Positions 14,396 through 26,363 of a DNA stretch of 64,000 bases are shown here, in pieces. The notes beneath the pieces were generated by a model. It had not been told where the DNA came from. It saw only the letters and a program-made list of their open reading frames with translations, and made no database searches. The stretch is from Cyanophora paradoxa CCMP329 (Eukaryota > Plantae > Glaucophyta). The first letter of the stretch is position 1; every line of letters starts with the position of its first letter. The stretch lies in contig QPMI01000521.1 in NCBI GenBank assembly GCA_004431415.1, positions 168,861 through 232,860 of the forward strand. Direction: 5' to 3'. A program made the position numbers and the translations under genes.

Positions 14396-17300
14396 ATGCC
14401 CAGCAGCCGCTCTAGCGGCGCTCGCGCGTCGGCCGCGCGGCCCGAGCTGCCAGCGCGCGCAATCGACTCGGCGAGGCAGTTCCTGGCATCGGCAGCGGGG
14501 ACGTTCGGCAGCAGCGGCTCGACTCCCGCCGCTCACGGGGTGCGCGCCGGGCCTGCCAGTGCGTGCGGCCAGCCGTCTGGCCGGCGCCGCGCGGCGCACG
14601 TCGTGCTGGTGGCCGAGCGCACGCGTAAGGCCAGCGGGCGCCTGCCGCGCTCTTTCTCCGCCGCCCGGCACGGCCTCGCTTTCCAGCGGGCCGCGCACGC
14701 TGCCGGCGAAGCAAAGAAGGACGAGGCGAAGCCGGGGGAAGCGAAGGAGGCGGCGAAGGATGAGAAGGAGGAGGAGCAGAAGAACCCTCGCCAGGCTGCG
14801 GCTCTGGCCATCACGGAGACGCCGCCCGCCAAGCTGGCGCCCTCGGCGTGGGAGGTGCGGCCCCGCTGACCCGCCCCGCACAACGTTGCCCAGATCCGAC
14901 GCCCGTCCCGCAGAACGTCATCTTCTCGGCGACGGCGCCCATGATCGCCGTTCTGTTCACGAACGTGCGCCGCCGCCCCCGCCGCCCGCCCGCCCGCGCC
15001 TGCGCCTGCGCTGACCTCTCGGGTCTTCCGTAGCCCTTCGATGTGGCCAAGGCGCGCGAGCGCGAGCCCTCGGAAGGTTTCGCATACCCCTCACGCGCCC
15101 CTCCCGCAGACGCGCATGCAGCTCCAGGGCGAGCTTATGCGCGCCGGGGAGGTTCGATTTCGCCCCGCGCGCCGCCCTGATCGGCTGCGGCTGAGCCGGG
15201 AGGGGGTACAGGGGCGCAAGTTCGCGAACGTGTTCGATTGCCTCATCAAGACCGCCAAGTACGAGGGCTTCGCCGGCCTCCAGAAGGGTACGGGATTCGA
15301 CGGGGAGAGGTGGGGGTACGGCGGGCCGAGGGGGGTACGCCGCGCAGGCCTCGGGAGCATGCTGGTGCGGGAGGCGCTTATTAATAGCCTCCGGCTGGGC
15401 ACCTTCGAGCCCATACTCCACCGCATCCACGACCGCGACCTGGGGTACAGCCCTCCGCCCGCCTTCCCCCCCCCCCCCCCCCCCCCCCCCCCACCTCTCT
15501 TTGACCCCATCCTGCAGCCCGGCGCCCATCTTCAAGAAGCTCATCGCGGGCGGCATCGCTGGGTGCGCTGTACCCCCGAGCCCGCGACCAACTCTCTAGG
15601 GGAATCCGCTGCTCTTTTAAGCCAAGTTAAGAATACGAGTTTGAGCCCTGAAGCTTGACGCTCGGGCCGGGGGCAGGGCGCTGGGCTCCTTCGCGGCGAA
15701 CCCCGTCGAGCTCGTCAAGACGCGCCTCCAGGTGCCCCCTCTCTGAATTAAAAGGGCCCCCCGCGGGACTCGAACCCGGTCCGGCTGGCAGAGCCGGGCG
15801 AGCTCGAACATCGCCGTGGGCAACCAGTTCGAGTACTCCGTGCGCCCCGCCCGCCCCGCCCCGCCCCGCCCCGCCCCGCCCCGCCCGCCCCGCCCCGCCC
15901 ACCCGCCCGCCCCGCCCCGCCCGCCCCGCCCCGCCCCGCCCGCGCCCCGCCCCCTCGACCGCGCCTTAGCGCCGCCCCTCCTGCCTGTGGAGAGCCGCAT
16001 AGACATAAAGAAGCCTGGAGGCAAAGGCACAAAGAACAAGCGCAAGGAGCTCGGAGGCGGGGCGCTGAGGGCGGGGCGGGGCGGGGGCGCAGGGCCTGCT
16101 GGACGCGGCGGGGAGCATCGTGCGCGAGAACGGCGTCACCGGCCTCTGGAAGGTCCGCCTTTCGCCCCGAGTCCCCGCCAAGCCCCGCCAGGCCCCGGCC
16201 CGTCAGGCCCGACGCTGCTGCTGCGAGGGGGGGGCCGCCTCACCAGCCAGCGCCGCCGTCTTTCTCTGCGCGACCCTTGCTCCGCTCACGCGTCCATCTC
16301 GCGCGCAGGGCGCGAGCGCCGGCGTGCTGCGGTCCGTCGTCGGCAACGCCACCATGCTCACCACCTACCAGCAGGCCCGCCTTGGCTTCGCCCCGCTCCG
16401 CTTCCCTTCCCATCGCTTCCCTTCCCTTCCCTTCGCTTGGCTTCGCCGCATATAGGTCTTACCTTCGCTAAGCCCAGCCCGGCTTAGCTTCCCTTCCCTC
16501 CGCTTAGCTTTACGTCCGCTCCCTTAGCTTAGCTTCGCTCTGACGTCCGCTCCCTTAGCTTAGCTTCGCTCCGCTTAGCTCCGCTTCCCTTGCCTTTGCT
16601 TCGCTTGGCTCCGCTTGGCTTAGCTCCGCTCCGCTTAGCTCCGCTTGGCTCCGCTCCGCTTAGCTTCGCTTCGCTTGGCTTAGCTTCGGCGCAGGCGAGG
16701 GAGTGGTGCGTGCACGGGGCGAGGCTGCGGGACTCGCCGGCCGCCAGCGTCGCCTCCTCCCTCGCCGCCGGCCTCGTCTCCTCCCTCGGTAGCCCCCCCG
16801 CGCCCCCGCGCCCCCCACCCCCCCCACCCCCCCACCCCCCCGGGCCCCTGCGCACCCTTCAGAAAACTTCTCTGGTTAAAGAAGAATTTTAAGCCACGGA
16901 ATTAGTTAAAGAAGGGTTTCTAGCCACGGAATTAGTTTACGATCGCGAGTCTGAGATTTGCGGGATGGATCGTGGATTTATGCATTGGCTCCTTGGGCTT
17001 CCTCTTACTTCCTAGCCACGGATTTAGCTAACGAGTCTGAGATCGATGCCTCCGCTCCTCCCTCGTGGATTTATGCCTTCACGCTTTCCTCTCACTTCCT
17101 TCCTTCGAACCGCAGCGCTCAACCCCGTGGACGTCGTGCGCGCCCCGCCCCGCCGGACGCCCCGCGCGGCCCCGCTCAGCTGAGCCGGGCGGCTGTGGGC
17201 GGCAGGTGCGGACGCGGCTGTACAACCAGCGGTACTCGCAGGACGGGCGCGGGGCGACCTACTCCGGCATCCCCGACGCCGTCTGGTCCGCCCGGGGCGA

Positions 17301-19579
17301 AGCTAGAGGCGGGGGGGGCCGGGACGCCCGGGAAGGGAAGGCGGCTACATGCTGCGCTCTCCCAAGAGACGTGCCGAGGGCAGCGGCGAGTGCCGAGACG
17401 TGCAGCGGCTCCGCCCGAGGCGAAGGGTGGCGGGGGGGGGGGCTAGAGGGGACGCCCCCCGGGCCGCCCGGGCCAGACAAAGAGACGGGAGGGCGGCTGG
17501 CGGCCGGCGCCCTCCGAAGACTAGACGGCTGGAGCCTCGGAGGGGAGGCCGCCCTCGTCCTCCTAGGAGGAGAGCGCGGCCGGACTAGACTCGGCAGCGA
17601 CAACGCCCTTGATTTGCTGCCGTCCGATCGCTGACCCGCGGGCGCGTTTTCGTGCGCAGGAAGATCGCCACCACGGAGGGGCCCGTGCGCCCCCTCCTTC
17701 TTCTTTTGCGCCGTACCCCTGTGAGTGAACTGACGCGCGTACCCCGCCAGACCGCCTTCCTCAAGGGCTTCTCCTCCAACTAGCGCGCACTCCCCGCTCG
17801 CGGCGCGCGCCGTACCCCTCTCCCCGCTCACGGCCCGCCGCAGCCTTTTCCGGGGCCCCCAGATCCTCATCTCCTTCAACATGTACCCCCCTACTCCCCC
17901 TCGCCCCTCGCTCTGCCTTCCGACCGCGTACCCCTCCTCGCAGCATTGAAGCGTTCAAGCACACCGCGAAGCAGCGCCTCCGCGTGCGTACCCCTGAGCT
18001 CTTCTTCCCGATACCCCACCCCGCCCGGCCCTGACCGGCGCCGCAGGAGAAGCTGCAGACGCGGAACACGTACGCCCTCTTCGCCTCCCTCGACCGCGAC
18101 GGCGACGGGCGCATCGGTACCCCCCCCCCCACCCGCCCAGCCCATGTTTTGCGTACCCCGGATCGCACCCGAGCGCGCGAGCGCCCCTCAGCGGAGGACG
18201 ACTTGCTCGAGCTCGTGAAGCGCGCCTACGCGCGGGGTACCCCCCTCGCGCTCCGGGTCCCCGGGGAGGCCAGGCGCGCCCCCACGGCCTTGTACCCCCC
18301 GCGCTTCTCCCAAAGACTAACTCTCTCTTTGCGCAGCGACGATTTGTACGGGGCGGCCCTTCGCGCGAAGGCGAGCGGGGACCCCCTCTCCTACCCCCTC
18401 TTGGCTGACCCCGGCTCGAACCCAGGTGGCGGAGATCCTGAAGCTGGCGGGCGCCGAGGCCTCCCGCGACGTGCGTACCCCGCTTTCCGAATCGCCTACC
18501 CCCGCTGACTCGCGTACCCCCCGCAGCTGGACCAGAGGGGCTTCGACCGGGCGCGTCGCTCGCTCTTCGGCCTCGCCCGCCGGCGCGCCCCGCCCGCGCC
18601 CCCGCCCCCGTCGCCCCCGCCACTGACGGCCCCGCGCGCGCGGCCGCAGGGCGGCGGAGGGCGAGGCGTTCATCGCTCTCGACGCCGACAAGTGCGCCCT
18701 TCTTACCAACCAAATAAATTCGAACCTAAGGAACGAACTAGACTCGGCAATTTACTGAGCCTTTCTACCCTGGCCCTCCCCCCGCCCCGCCCCTCCCCAT
18801 CCCCCCTGACGGCGCCGCGCGGCAGGGATGGGCTGCTGTCGGAGGCTGACCTCGAGGCGGCGCTCCGGCCCCTCGCCCAGGCGCCCCCTCCCCCCCTCCG
18901 TTCCCCCTCAGCTGCCCCTTTTAAGAGAGCTAAAGAGCTCAAGATGAAGCGGAGTCTAGCCGACGAGCCACGGGCCTGGCCGACGCCCCGCTCTCCCCTC
19001 TCCCCTCCGGGTCCCCGGTTGTGGGCTGAGGCGCGCGCGCGGGCGCAGGGGGCGGGGGCGGGTGCGGAGGAGGCGGCGCGGGGGGCGGCGGCGCGGCTCG
19101 TGGCCCACGCCGACCGCGACCGCGACGGCAAGGTGCGAGAATCGAAAGGGGCGGCCCGGGGAATCTTCTCTTAAAGCTTTCCGTCCCCCGCCCGCCCCGC
19201 CCCGCCCTGCATTCCCCATCGAGAGCCCGCCCCCTGCGCCCTCCCTTTATCGGGTCCCTGGCCCGCGCCCGCCGTTACCGCCCCAGCCGCTGCGCGGACG
19301 CCCGACGGCCCCTCCATCTGATCCGCTCTTTACTCCCTCCCTCCCCCCCCCCCCCCCCCCCCCCGCGCCCCAGGTCGGCTTCGAGGACTTCACGGCCGTC
19401 TTCGGCGACTACGAGCTCCCCAACGGTACCCCCCCCCCCCCCCCAGCCTTTGTTCCCCCCAGTCGAGCTCGAGGTCCCAGCCAGCCGGCCGACCGGCCCC
19501 GCTCGCGACCGCAGCGGCTGCGGGGCCGAGGACGCTGCTCGGCGCGTGGCTCCGGGACGCCGGCGTACCCCTCCAGTAG
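14396..19579 (+). CDS. Mitochondrial carrier (SLC25; OAC1/SLC25A34-35/UCP-like) with C-terminal EF-hand extension; multi-exon
   Basis: Three carrier signatures: NPFDVAKTRMQLQGE, NPVELVKTRLQ and NPVDVVRTRLYNQ. Also EGFAGLQKG, ENGVTGLWKG and EGP.AFLKG..NYLFRGPQ. Spliced continuation gives LDRDGDGRI, LDAD.DGLLS and ADRDRDGKVGFEDF. Start and stop approximate. Confidence 0.85.
16381..16690. repeat. Intronic pentamer microsatellite (CTTCG/CTTAG/CTCCG/CTTGG)n
   Basis: Visible tandem degenerate 5-mers inside an intron of the carrier gene. Confidence 0.85.
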
Positions 19580-21082
19580 ACCCGGCCCGGCCTGGGCCGG
19601 CGGCTCTCAGATCTAGAGTCCTCGCGGCTCGCGGCTCGCGATCCGGATCCCTAGGCCGCCTCCTTCAGATTTCCTCTGCTCTGCCAGGAACCGAACCGGG
19701 AGTATCATGGTGTGCAATGCATGGTTGCAATTCAATGGTTGATCATGACGGTTCACCTGAGTTGAGAAATTTCAATCTTAAGTTCGGGAGCTTCAAGCCT
19801 TGCGCATGCCATGTTAACTTCGAACTCGGAATGCTTAAAATGGCCGAGCTCGGGGCTCTCATGCCTTGAAGTCAATCGAATTTTAATTTGAGCTCGATTA
19901 TAATTAAGCTCAGTTAAACGTTGCAGGCTGTAGGGATATCGATTCCGGAGCCTGGACCGGAGCCCGGCCCCGCTGCAGTGGGCGCTCAAAGCTTATATTA
20001 AGCTTCGATTCATGATCAACTTGGCAAGGCTTCGACTCGAGCCTTTCAAAGTTTCGAGGCGGAATTGAGACTTCGTGGCCGCAGACTCTGAGACTCAGAT
20101 CATGATCATGAGCCTTATGCTTCCAAGTCTCAGAGCTCGAGCCTCGGAGTCTCTCGGCGATCCTCGAGCTCACTGCTCAGGGCCTCGAGCTCGCTGACTC
20201 GGCGAGTCGGAGTCCGACGGTACCGGTCGCTGCGCATGCGCCGCGGTGGCACATGCACAGATCCGATGATCATCGGATATCGATATAGAGTTCGAATTCG
20301 ACCGGCCCGGCAGCTGTGGCCAGTAGACTCAATAGTAGACCGGGGGTGCACGTGCCACAGTACTAGTGCCCCGGGCCGCGCGGCGCCTAGCTGTACTAAT
20401 ACTCTTGAAAAGGCTCTTGAAGGAAATACTCTTGTCGACCCATGGTCATGATCAATGAGTCCGGGATCCTGGCCATGGAAATCACGGTGCCGGATCTAGA
20501 TACTGAGAACTGAAACGTACATTCTCATACACGAGCAACTATGCTCAGGCATCGATATCAGGACAGGCTAGTCTGCTTGTGCTGCAGATTTAGCTCATTG
20601 AAAACCTACTGAATCTGCCTATTCGATTCTAACGTGACTGATAAAATAATGATACGAATATCTCATCCGACTCACGATCTGGAGGGTTGAAATTTCGCGC
20701 GCGCATCTCAATTTGAAATGGAGCCTCGGAGGGCGATAAGAGCCGCTCCTTTACGAGGACGCTCAAGACATAGGGCAGCAAGATGAGTGCCGTGCGGGAC
20801 TAGCATAGCCAAATTCTAAGCTTCCGAAACTAACTGCTATCTTTCGAAACGAGAAACCACTTGAAAGGTTCATTAACGCAGTTCAATGCCTGCATCGCAT
20901 ACTGAAACGGCAACAGCCGCGTACGGGAAAAAGCGGCCGCTGCAATAGGACAGAAGAGGCGGAGGAGAGCGGAGGGCCTGGCTGGGAAACGAAAGGTACA
21001 AGTGCCAGGCCGCTCGCGGCTCTAGAGGGAAGGGCGGGCCCCGGGGCAGGGGAGGGCGGGGCGCGGCCCCAGCCACCCGCGC

Positions 21083-24000
21083 TCACCGGGACACCAGGCG
21101 CAGGATCTTGAGAGTACCCACCGAGTTTGCAGCCAGGACGGTCTGCGGGGCCGGGCGCGGCGTCAGGCGGGGGCGCGGGGCGGGCGTGCGTGGGGTGCCG
21201 CGCCGCACCTCGCCGTCGCTGCGGAGGCAGACGGAACTGATGAAGCGGCCCGACTCGTCCTCGACCTCCCCGGCCGGCTGCAGCAGCGCCGCCGCCGCCG
21301 CCGCCATGTGGCCGTGGGCGCCCGCCCCGTGCCCATGCCCGCCCCCTGCGCCGCCCGGCACCGGTGGTGCCGAGAAGAGCGCGGCGGCCGGCCCGACGGA
21401 GAAGCCAGAGGAGGTGGAGCCGTAGGCGTGCGAGTGCGAGTGCGAGGGGGCGGCGACTGCGGGGCGGGGCGGGGGGCGGCTGGAGAACGAGTAGGAGAGG
21501 ATGGGCCGCGGGAGGGAGCGGTGCCAGAGGTAGACGGCGTTGTCCTCGGAGCCCGAAGCGATCAGATCCCGCTCAGCTGAGAGCCCCACGAAGTTCTTCT
21601 CGTTCGAGTGGCCCGTGAGGCTCCGCAGGCACTCCCCCCGGTCGATGCCCCACACCTGCCAGGCAGGCAGGCCGCGCCGGGTGAGCGGGGCGAAGCGAAG
21701 CGAGATCTGAACTCGAGCACCTTCAGAGTGCTGTCCGTGCTCGCCGAGACGAGCTCCGAGCGGTTGAGGAACCGGACGTACGAGACGGCCTGCGCCGGCG
21801 TGAGCCAGCGCCGGGGCCGAGCTCGGGAGGGGCGGGGGAGGGACCTTGCGGTGGCCAAGGGTGAGGACCGGCTGCCGAAGGTGCCGCAGGTCGAACGAGT
21901 ACACTTTATGGTCTGCGTGCGAAGAGGAAGGACCGGCGGGCGCCCGTGAGCCGAGGCACGTGGCGGCGGCGCGCGCGGGCGCGCGCACCGGCGGCGCCGA
22001 CGGCGATGCTGTAGGCGGTGACCGGGTTGAAGCGGACCGAGCAGACGTTGGCCCGGTTCGGCACCTGCGAGGCCGGCCGCCGGCGCGTCAGAGGTCCGCT
22101 CGCCTTCCGCGGCGCCTTGGGCGCTGCACGCGGCGGGGGCGGACCTCGATGGTCGTGCAGGACGAGTACTCGTTGCAGGACCAGACCTTAACCTTCCCGT
22201 CGTCCGAGCCGCTCGCTGCGGGACCGCCGGCTCAGACTCGGACGGGGCGGGCGCGGCGTGGCGTGGGGCGGGCGGCGCGCGCGCGGACCCCAGCGGAGCG
22301 GGTCGGGGCGGCAGAAGTCGACGCTCCAGACGCGCTTCTCGTGCTCGTCGAACACGCCCAGCTGCTGTCCCGTCTGTGTGCGCGCGCGTGTCCCACGTCA
22401 GAGGACGACGCTTCCGACGAACGTTCGTTCGTTCGCATCGCGGGCGGGCGGGCGATCGCTCGCTCGCCTGGACGTCCCAGAGGGCGACGACGCCGTCGTA
22501 GTCGCTGGAGAGGAGGTGCCGCTTGACGTACGCGTTCCACGAGAGGCACGAGAGCTTCGTGCGCGTGGCGATCTCCTGCACGGGAAAGACGCGCCCGGCG
22601 GGGCCGCCCTCGTCGGGCCGGCAGGCCGCCGCGAGGTCGTAGACGCGGATCTTCTTGGTGACGCCGGCGGTCGCGAAGAGCTCGTGGTCCCGGTCGAACT
22701 CCACGCTCGAGACGATGTTCGACGAGTGGAAAAGGTCAGCGCTGCAGTGGCGGGGCGGACGGGCGCGTCAGGCGCTTCGTCTATGCCACACTCCAAAGCG
22801 AGCTTCGCTGGCGCGCACCTCTCGATGGTGCGGACGAGCTCGAGGCGGTGGTACTTGGTGAAGGAGGCCAGGTCCGAGGCGAAGGAGCGGAGCGACGGCT
22901 CCGCGCCCTCCCAGCCGGCCGCGCAGGCGGCGCGGCCCTCCGAGTCCGGCGAGAGCCGCCCGTGGGCCGGGGAGGAGGAGGAGGGGGCGCGGGGCGAGTC
23001 CACTGAGGAGGGGCAGGCCGGGCTCGACCGGGCGAAGAGGGCGGGCGAGAGGGCGGCGGGGGGCATCAGGGCCGAGTGCGGGGCGTCCGCCGGGCCGGCG
23101 AAGGGCGAGGAGGCGGGCGATCCGTGCGCCGGCGGGCGGTAGGCGGGCAGGAGAGGCGAGCCGGCGGGAGCGGAGGAGGCGGCGGCGGAGGGGGGGACGA
23201 GGACGAAGGGCGGGAGGGCGGGTAGGGAGGGGCAGCGCATGGAGAAGTAGGCCCCCTCGAGGACGTCCAGGTGCTCCATGACGCGGCGCTTGCGGCTGAC
23301 GGCCGCCTCGCACGCCGCGGCCGGCGGCGGCGAGTCGGACGCTGAGTCCGAGTCCGACCCGGGCGAGCGGGGCACTCCCGAGGACGACGAGGACGCCTGC
23401 GGAGCGCGCGTGAGCCCGGGGCAGTGGGGACGCGGCGCGCGAGAGAAGCGGCTCGCTCGGCTCACGTCGTGGGAGCGCTTGCCGCCGACGGGAAGCAGGG
23501 CGGGGCTGCCTTGGTCTGAGGGGCGCGGAGCTGTCAGACAAGCAGGGCGGGGGCGCGAGCCGCGCGGCCGGCGCACCGGACACAGAAGCGGAGCTGGAAT
23601 CGGAGGACGACTGGGGCGCCAGCGGCGGCGGCGTGGGCAGCGCGGGCGACGCGCTCCATGCTGTCCGCCGGCGCGCACTCCGGACCTGGGCCAACTCGGA
23701 CCCGCGACCGGAGCAGAGCGCGGCGGCTTCCGAACCTTGCTGCGAAGGCTCTGGACGCTCTCGATGTCTGTATCCAACACCGAGATTTCGGCTCGCACCC
23801 GCTCCAGAAGCTGGTTCGTTTGACGGGTGAGGGCGGCGCAGACCGCGGGCTGCCGCGGCGCACGCGGACCTGCTTTCTTCTTTGCTGCGCAGCCTGCAGG
23901 AACTCGTACAGCACGTCCATCTGCACGTCCTGCGGAGATCCAGTCAGCGAGAGCGGGGACGCAGGCAGCTCAAGCAGTACTCGCCTGCTCGTTGGCCTCC

Positions 24001-24652
24001 ATTCGCTTCTTCTTCTCCAGCAATACGTTCACAAGGCTTTCCAGCTCTACGCGACCGCAGCGGTGAGGCGGCGGGCGCGGGCTGGCCGCTGTGAGTGGCG
24101 CACCACTGGCAGTGAGCTTCGCATCGTGTAGTATCGAGCGCTGTATGCGTTCGATCGCTGAGCTAGTCGAGCTAGCAACAATCGCCGTAGGCGTTGACCT
24201 GCCGGCTGTTCTTGAGAGAAACTTGTTGACTGCGCGCGAAGCGATCAAATTTGGCCTCGCGAGCGCAGCGCCTCCGCAGGTGCACGCACGGAGCACGTTC
24301 GGAAAGAGAGAGTTCGCATCGAAAGGGCCGGCCCCGCACTTGGGGCAGTCGGCATGGTTGGAAAGGTAAGCCAGCACGCAAGTCTTGCAGAACGAGCAAC
24401 CTGAGGGGAAGGCCTCGAAAGGAGCCCTTTCATCTCATGCATGAAAGCGCTTTTACCGCATCTGGCGCTCATTGCGTCCTCAATTGCTCGGCTGCAAAGG
24501 ACGCTGGGGGGGAAACGTGAGGCTCGCCTTGGGGATGCGCGCAAAGAGGGCGAAGGCTCACCAAGTGAAATCCTCTTCAATAGGTTCTTCACCGTCCCCG
24601 GGTGCCGCACTGTTGCACCGGCGGCCCGGGGGATGACATGGAGGGGGACCAT
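21083..24652 (-). CDS. COP1: E3 ubiquitin ligase COP1 (RING - coiled coil - WD40); multi-exon
   Basis: RING: EDFTC..LC...CG.SFCKTC...HADCPKC. WD40 motifs typical of COP1: LFHSSNIVSSVEFDRDHELFATAGVTKKIRVYD, KLSCLSWN, SSDYDGVVALWD, EHEKRVWSVDF, SGSDDGKVKVW, ANVCSVRFNP, GHRKAVSYVRF, SASTDSTLKVW, GHSNEKNFVGLS, SGSEDNAVY, FISSVC, LAANSVGTLKIL. Confidence 0.95.
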
Positions 24653-26363
24653 CTTCTATCGGCGGCGAGCGATCGTGCATTGCTGCCAGCGTGCTCTCTT
24701 GCAGCAACGCTGCTATCCCTCGAGCTGGCCCCATGCTTGTGTTGGGCCGATGGGCCGGGGGCGGTGCCCCTCGGGCGTTGCCCTGAAATGCTGCGCTGAA
24801 GTGCTGCGCGCGACGCTGTATATCCTCAGATCATCACACTGAAGCCAACGGAACCGCTGGGGCAAAGCGCGCGAATAGCGATTTAGGTGCGGCTGGCCGG
24901 CCCCGTGCGCGGTAATCTTCTGCCTGTACCCGGGAAGGATGGGTTGCGAACTCGGCCGTTCGCAACCAAGACTTCAGGCCCATGAGCCGAGGCTGCCGAG
25001 CTCCCTGCAGCTGGATGCAGCTCTGCATGCATACGTGCATGCGCATGCGCGTTTATTGCTAGTACTGCGCTATTACTAGTTCTGCGCTATGCATCCCGAT
25101 CCCGCGCGCGAGCCGCGCGCGCGCTAGCGCTCACTTGGACGCCGCTGCACAGTGCGGGCCGAGCTTGTACGTATACACGTGGGTCTGGATTACGCATTAC
25201 TTATCGGCTCGGCGCCGGCCGGGACCGCCCCCGCGGCCGCGCCCGCTCCCGCTCGAGCTCGACCCCATATATATGCATTGGGCCACATAAATTCACTGCG
25301 GCATATGCCACCCCCGCGCGCGGACGCCCTGCTTTAATTTGCTCTCCCCCTCAGGGCCGGGCCTCCCTCGAGCTCCCGGCCCGCCCCTCGAGCTCGCGTG
25401 GCTCTATACCCCTTCCCCTCTGGATCCACCATGCACGTGTATGCACATGTACAGCCACTCTCGAGCTCCCCGGCCCGCGGACCGGAGCCAGAGTGACCCA
25501 GGCGCCTCCAACGTTAACCGATCGCGAGCTCCCGGAGTCCTCGCGCAACATCAAAGGTCATGGTCACGATCAAAGGCGGTCAGGATCCCGCACGTGCACG
25601 CGTACGCGCGCGCGCGCGCTAGAGTGCCAGGCCTAGGGGCGGGAGGGCGGGGGCGGTGGGCAGGCATGCTGCACAGCTGCGGCAGGCCTCGCTGTAGCCC
25701 CAGCGGACGGTGTTGGCCCCGACGCGGCACTCCGTGCAGCTGCAGTCGGGCGCGACCTCTTGCGGCCTTCTCCGGGCCGGGCGGCAGCCGAGGCGCTCCA
25801 GCCCGTTCCCCTCGACGGCGCCCTTGCCGCCCTTGGACACGAGGACGCCCTCCCGCTGGTCGTGGATCCTAGGCCTGGGCGCAGCCGGAGGACGCGGTCG
25901 CGAGCGTCAGCAGATCTAGACGAGAGGGGAGGCGCAGGGGACTCGGTGTCCACCGCGGCCGACGCCGCTGCGGGCCGGCTCTCCCTGAGCGCGCCGGCGC
26001 CGCCTGCCCCGCCTTCACGCCGCGAGCTCGCACCGTATACGTACCCGCGATCGATATCGAGCTCGAGCGGCCCGTGAGCTTCTCCTACCCGTGATCATGA
26101 GGGGGCATGCAGCCCTCGCCCTCCGTCCCCCCCCGGCGCATCCTAGGCCTACCGGCGCCCTCCCTGCCCCCGCCAACCCAGCGAAACCCCCTCGGAGGCC
26201 GCGTGCCCGCCCCGCGCCCGACTGTCGCCCACGGGGATCTCAACCGAACCATCGCACGGCATCGATATCAGCGTACAGCACTCGCGCCGCGTGCGTCGCG
26301 CGCGCAGCACACAGCGGGTGCGACAAGCCGCGGCCGGGCCCGGGGTCGCAGACGGGACCTCGC

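Noticed and set aside
15840-15960. (GCCCC)n tracts as a special G-quadruplex element
   Set aside because: This is the normal intron texture across the host region.
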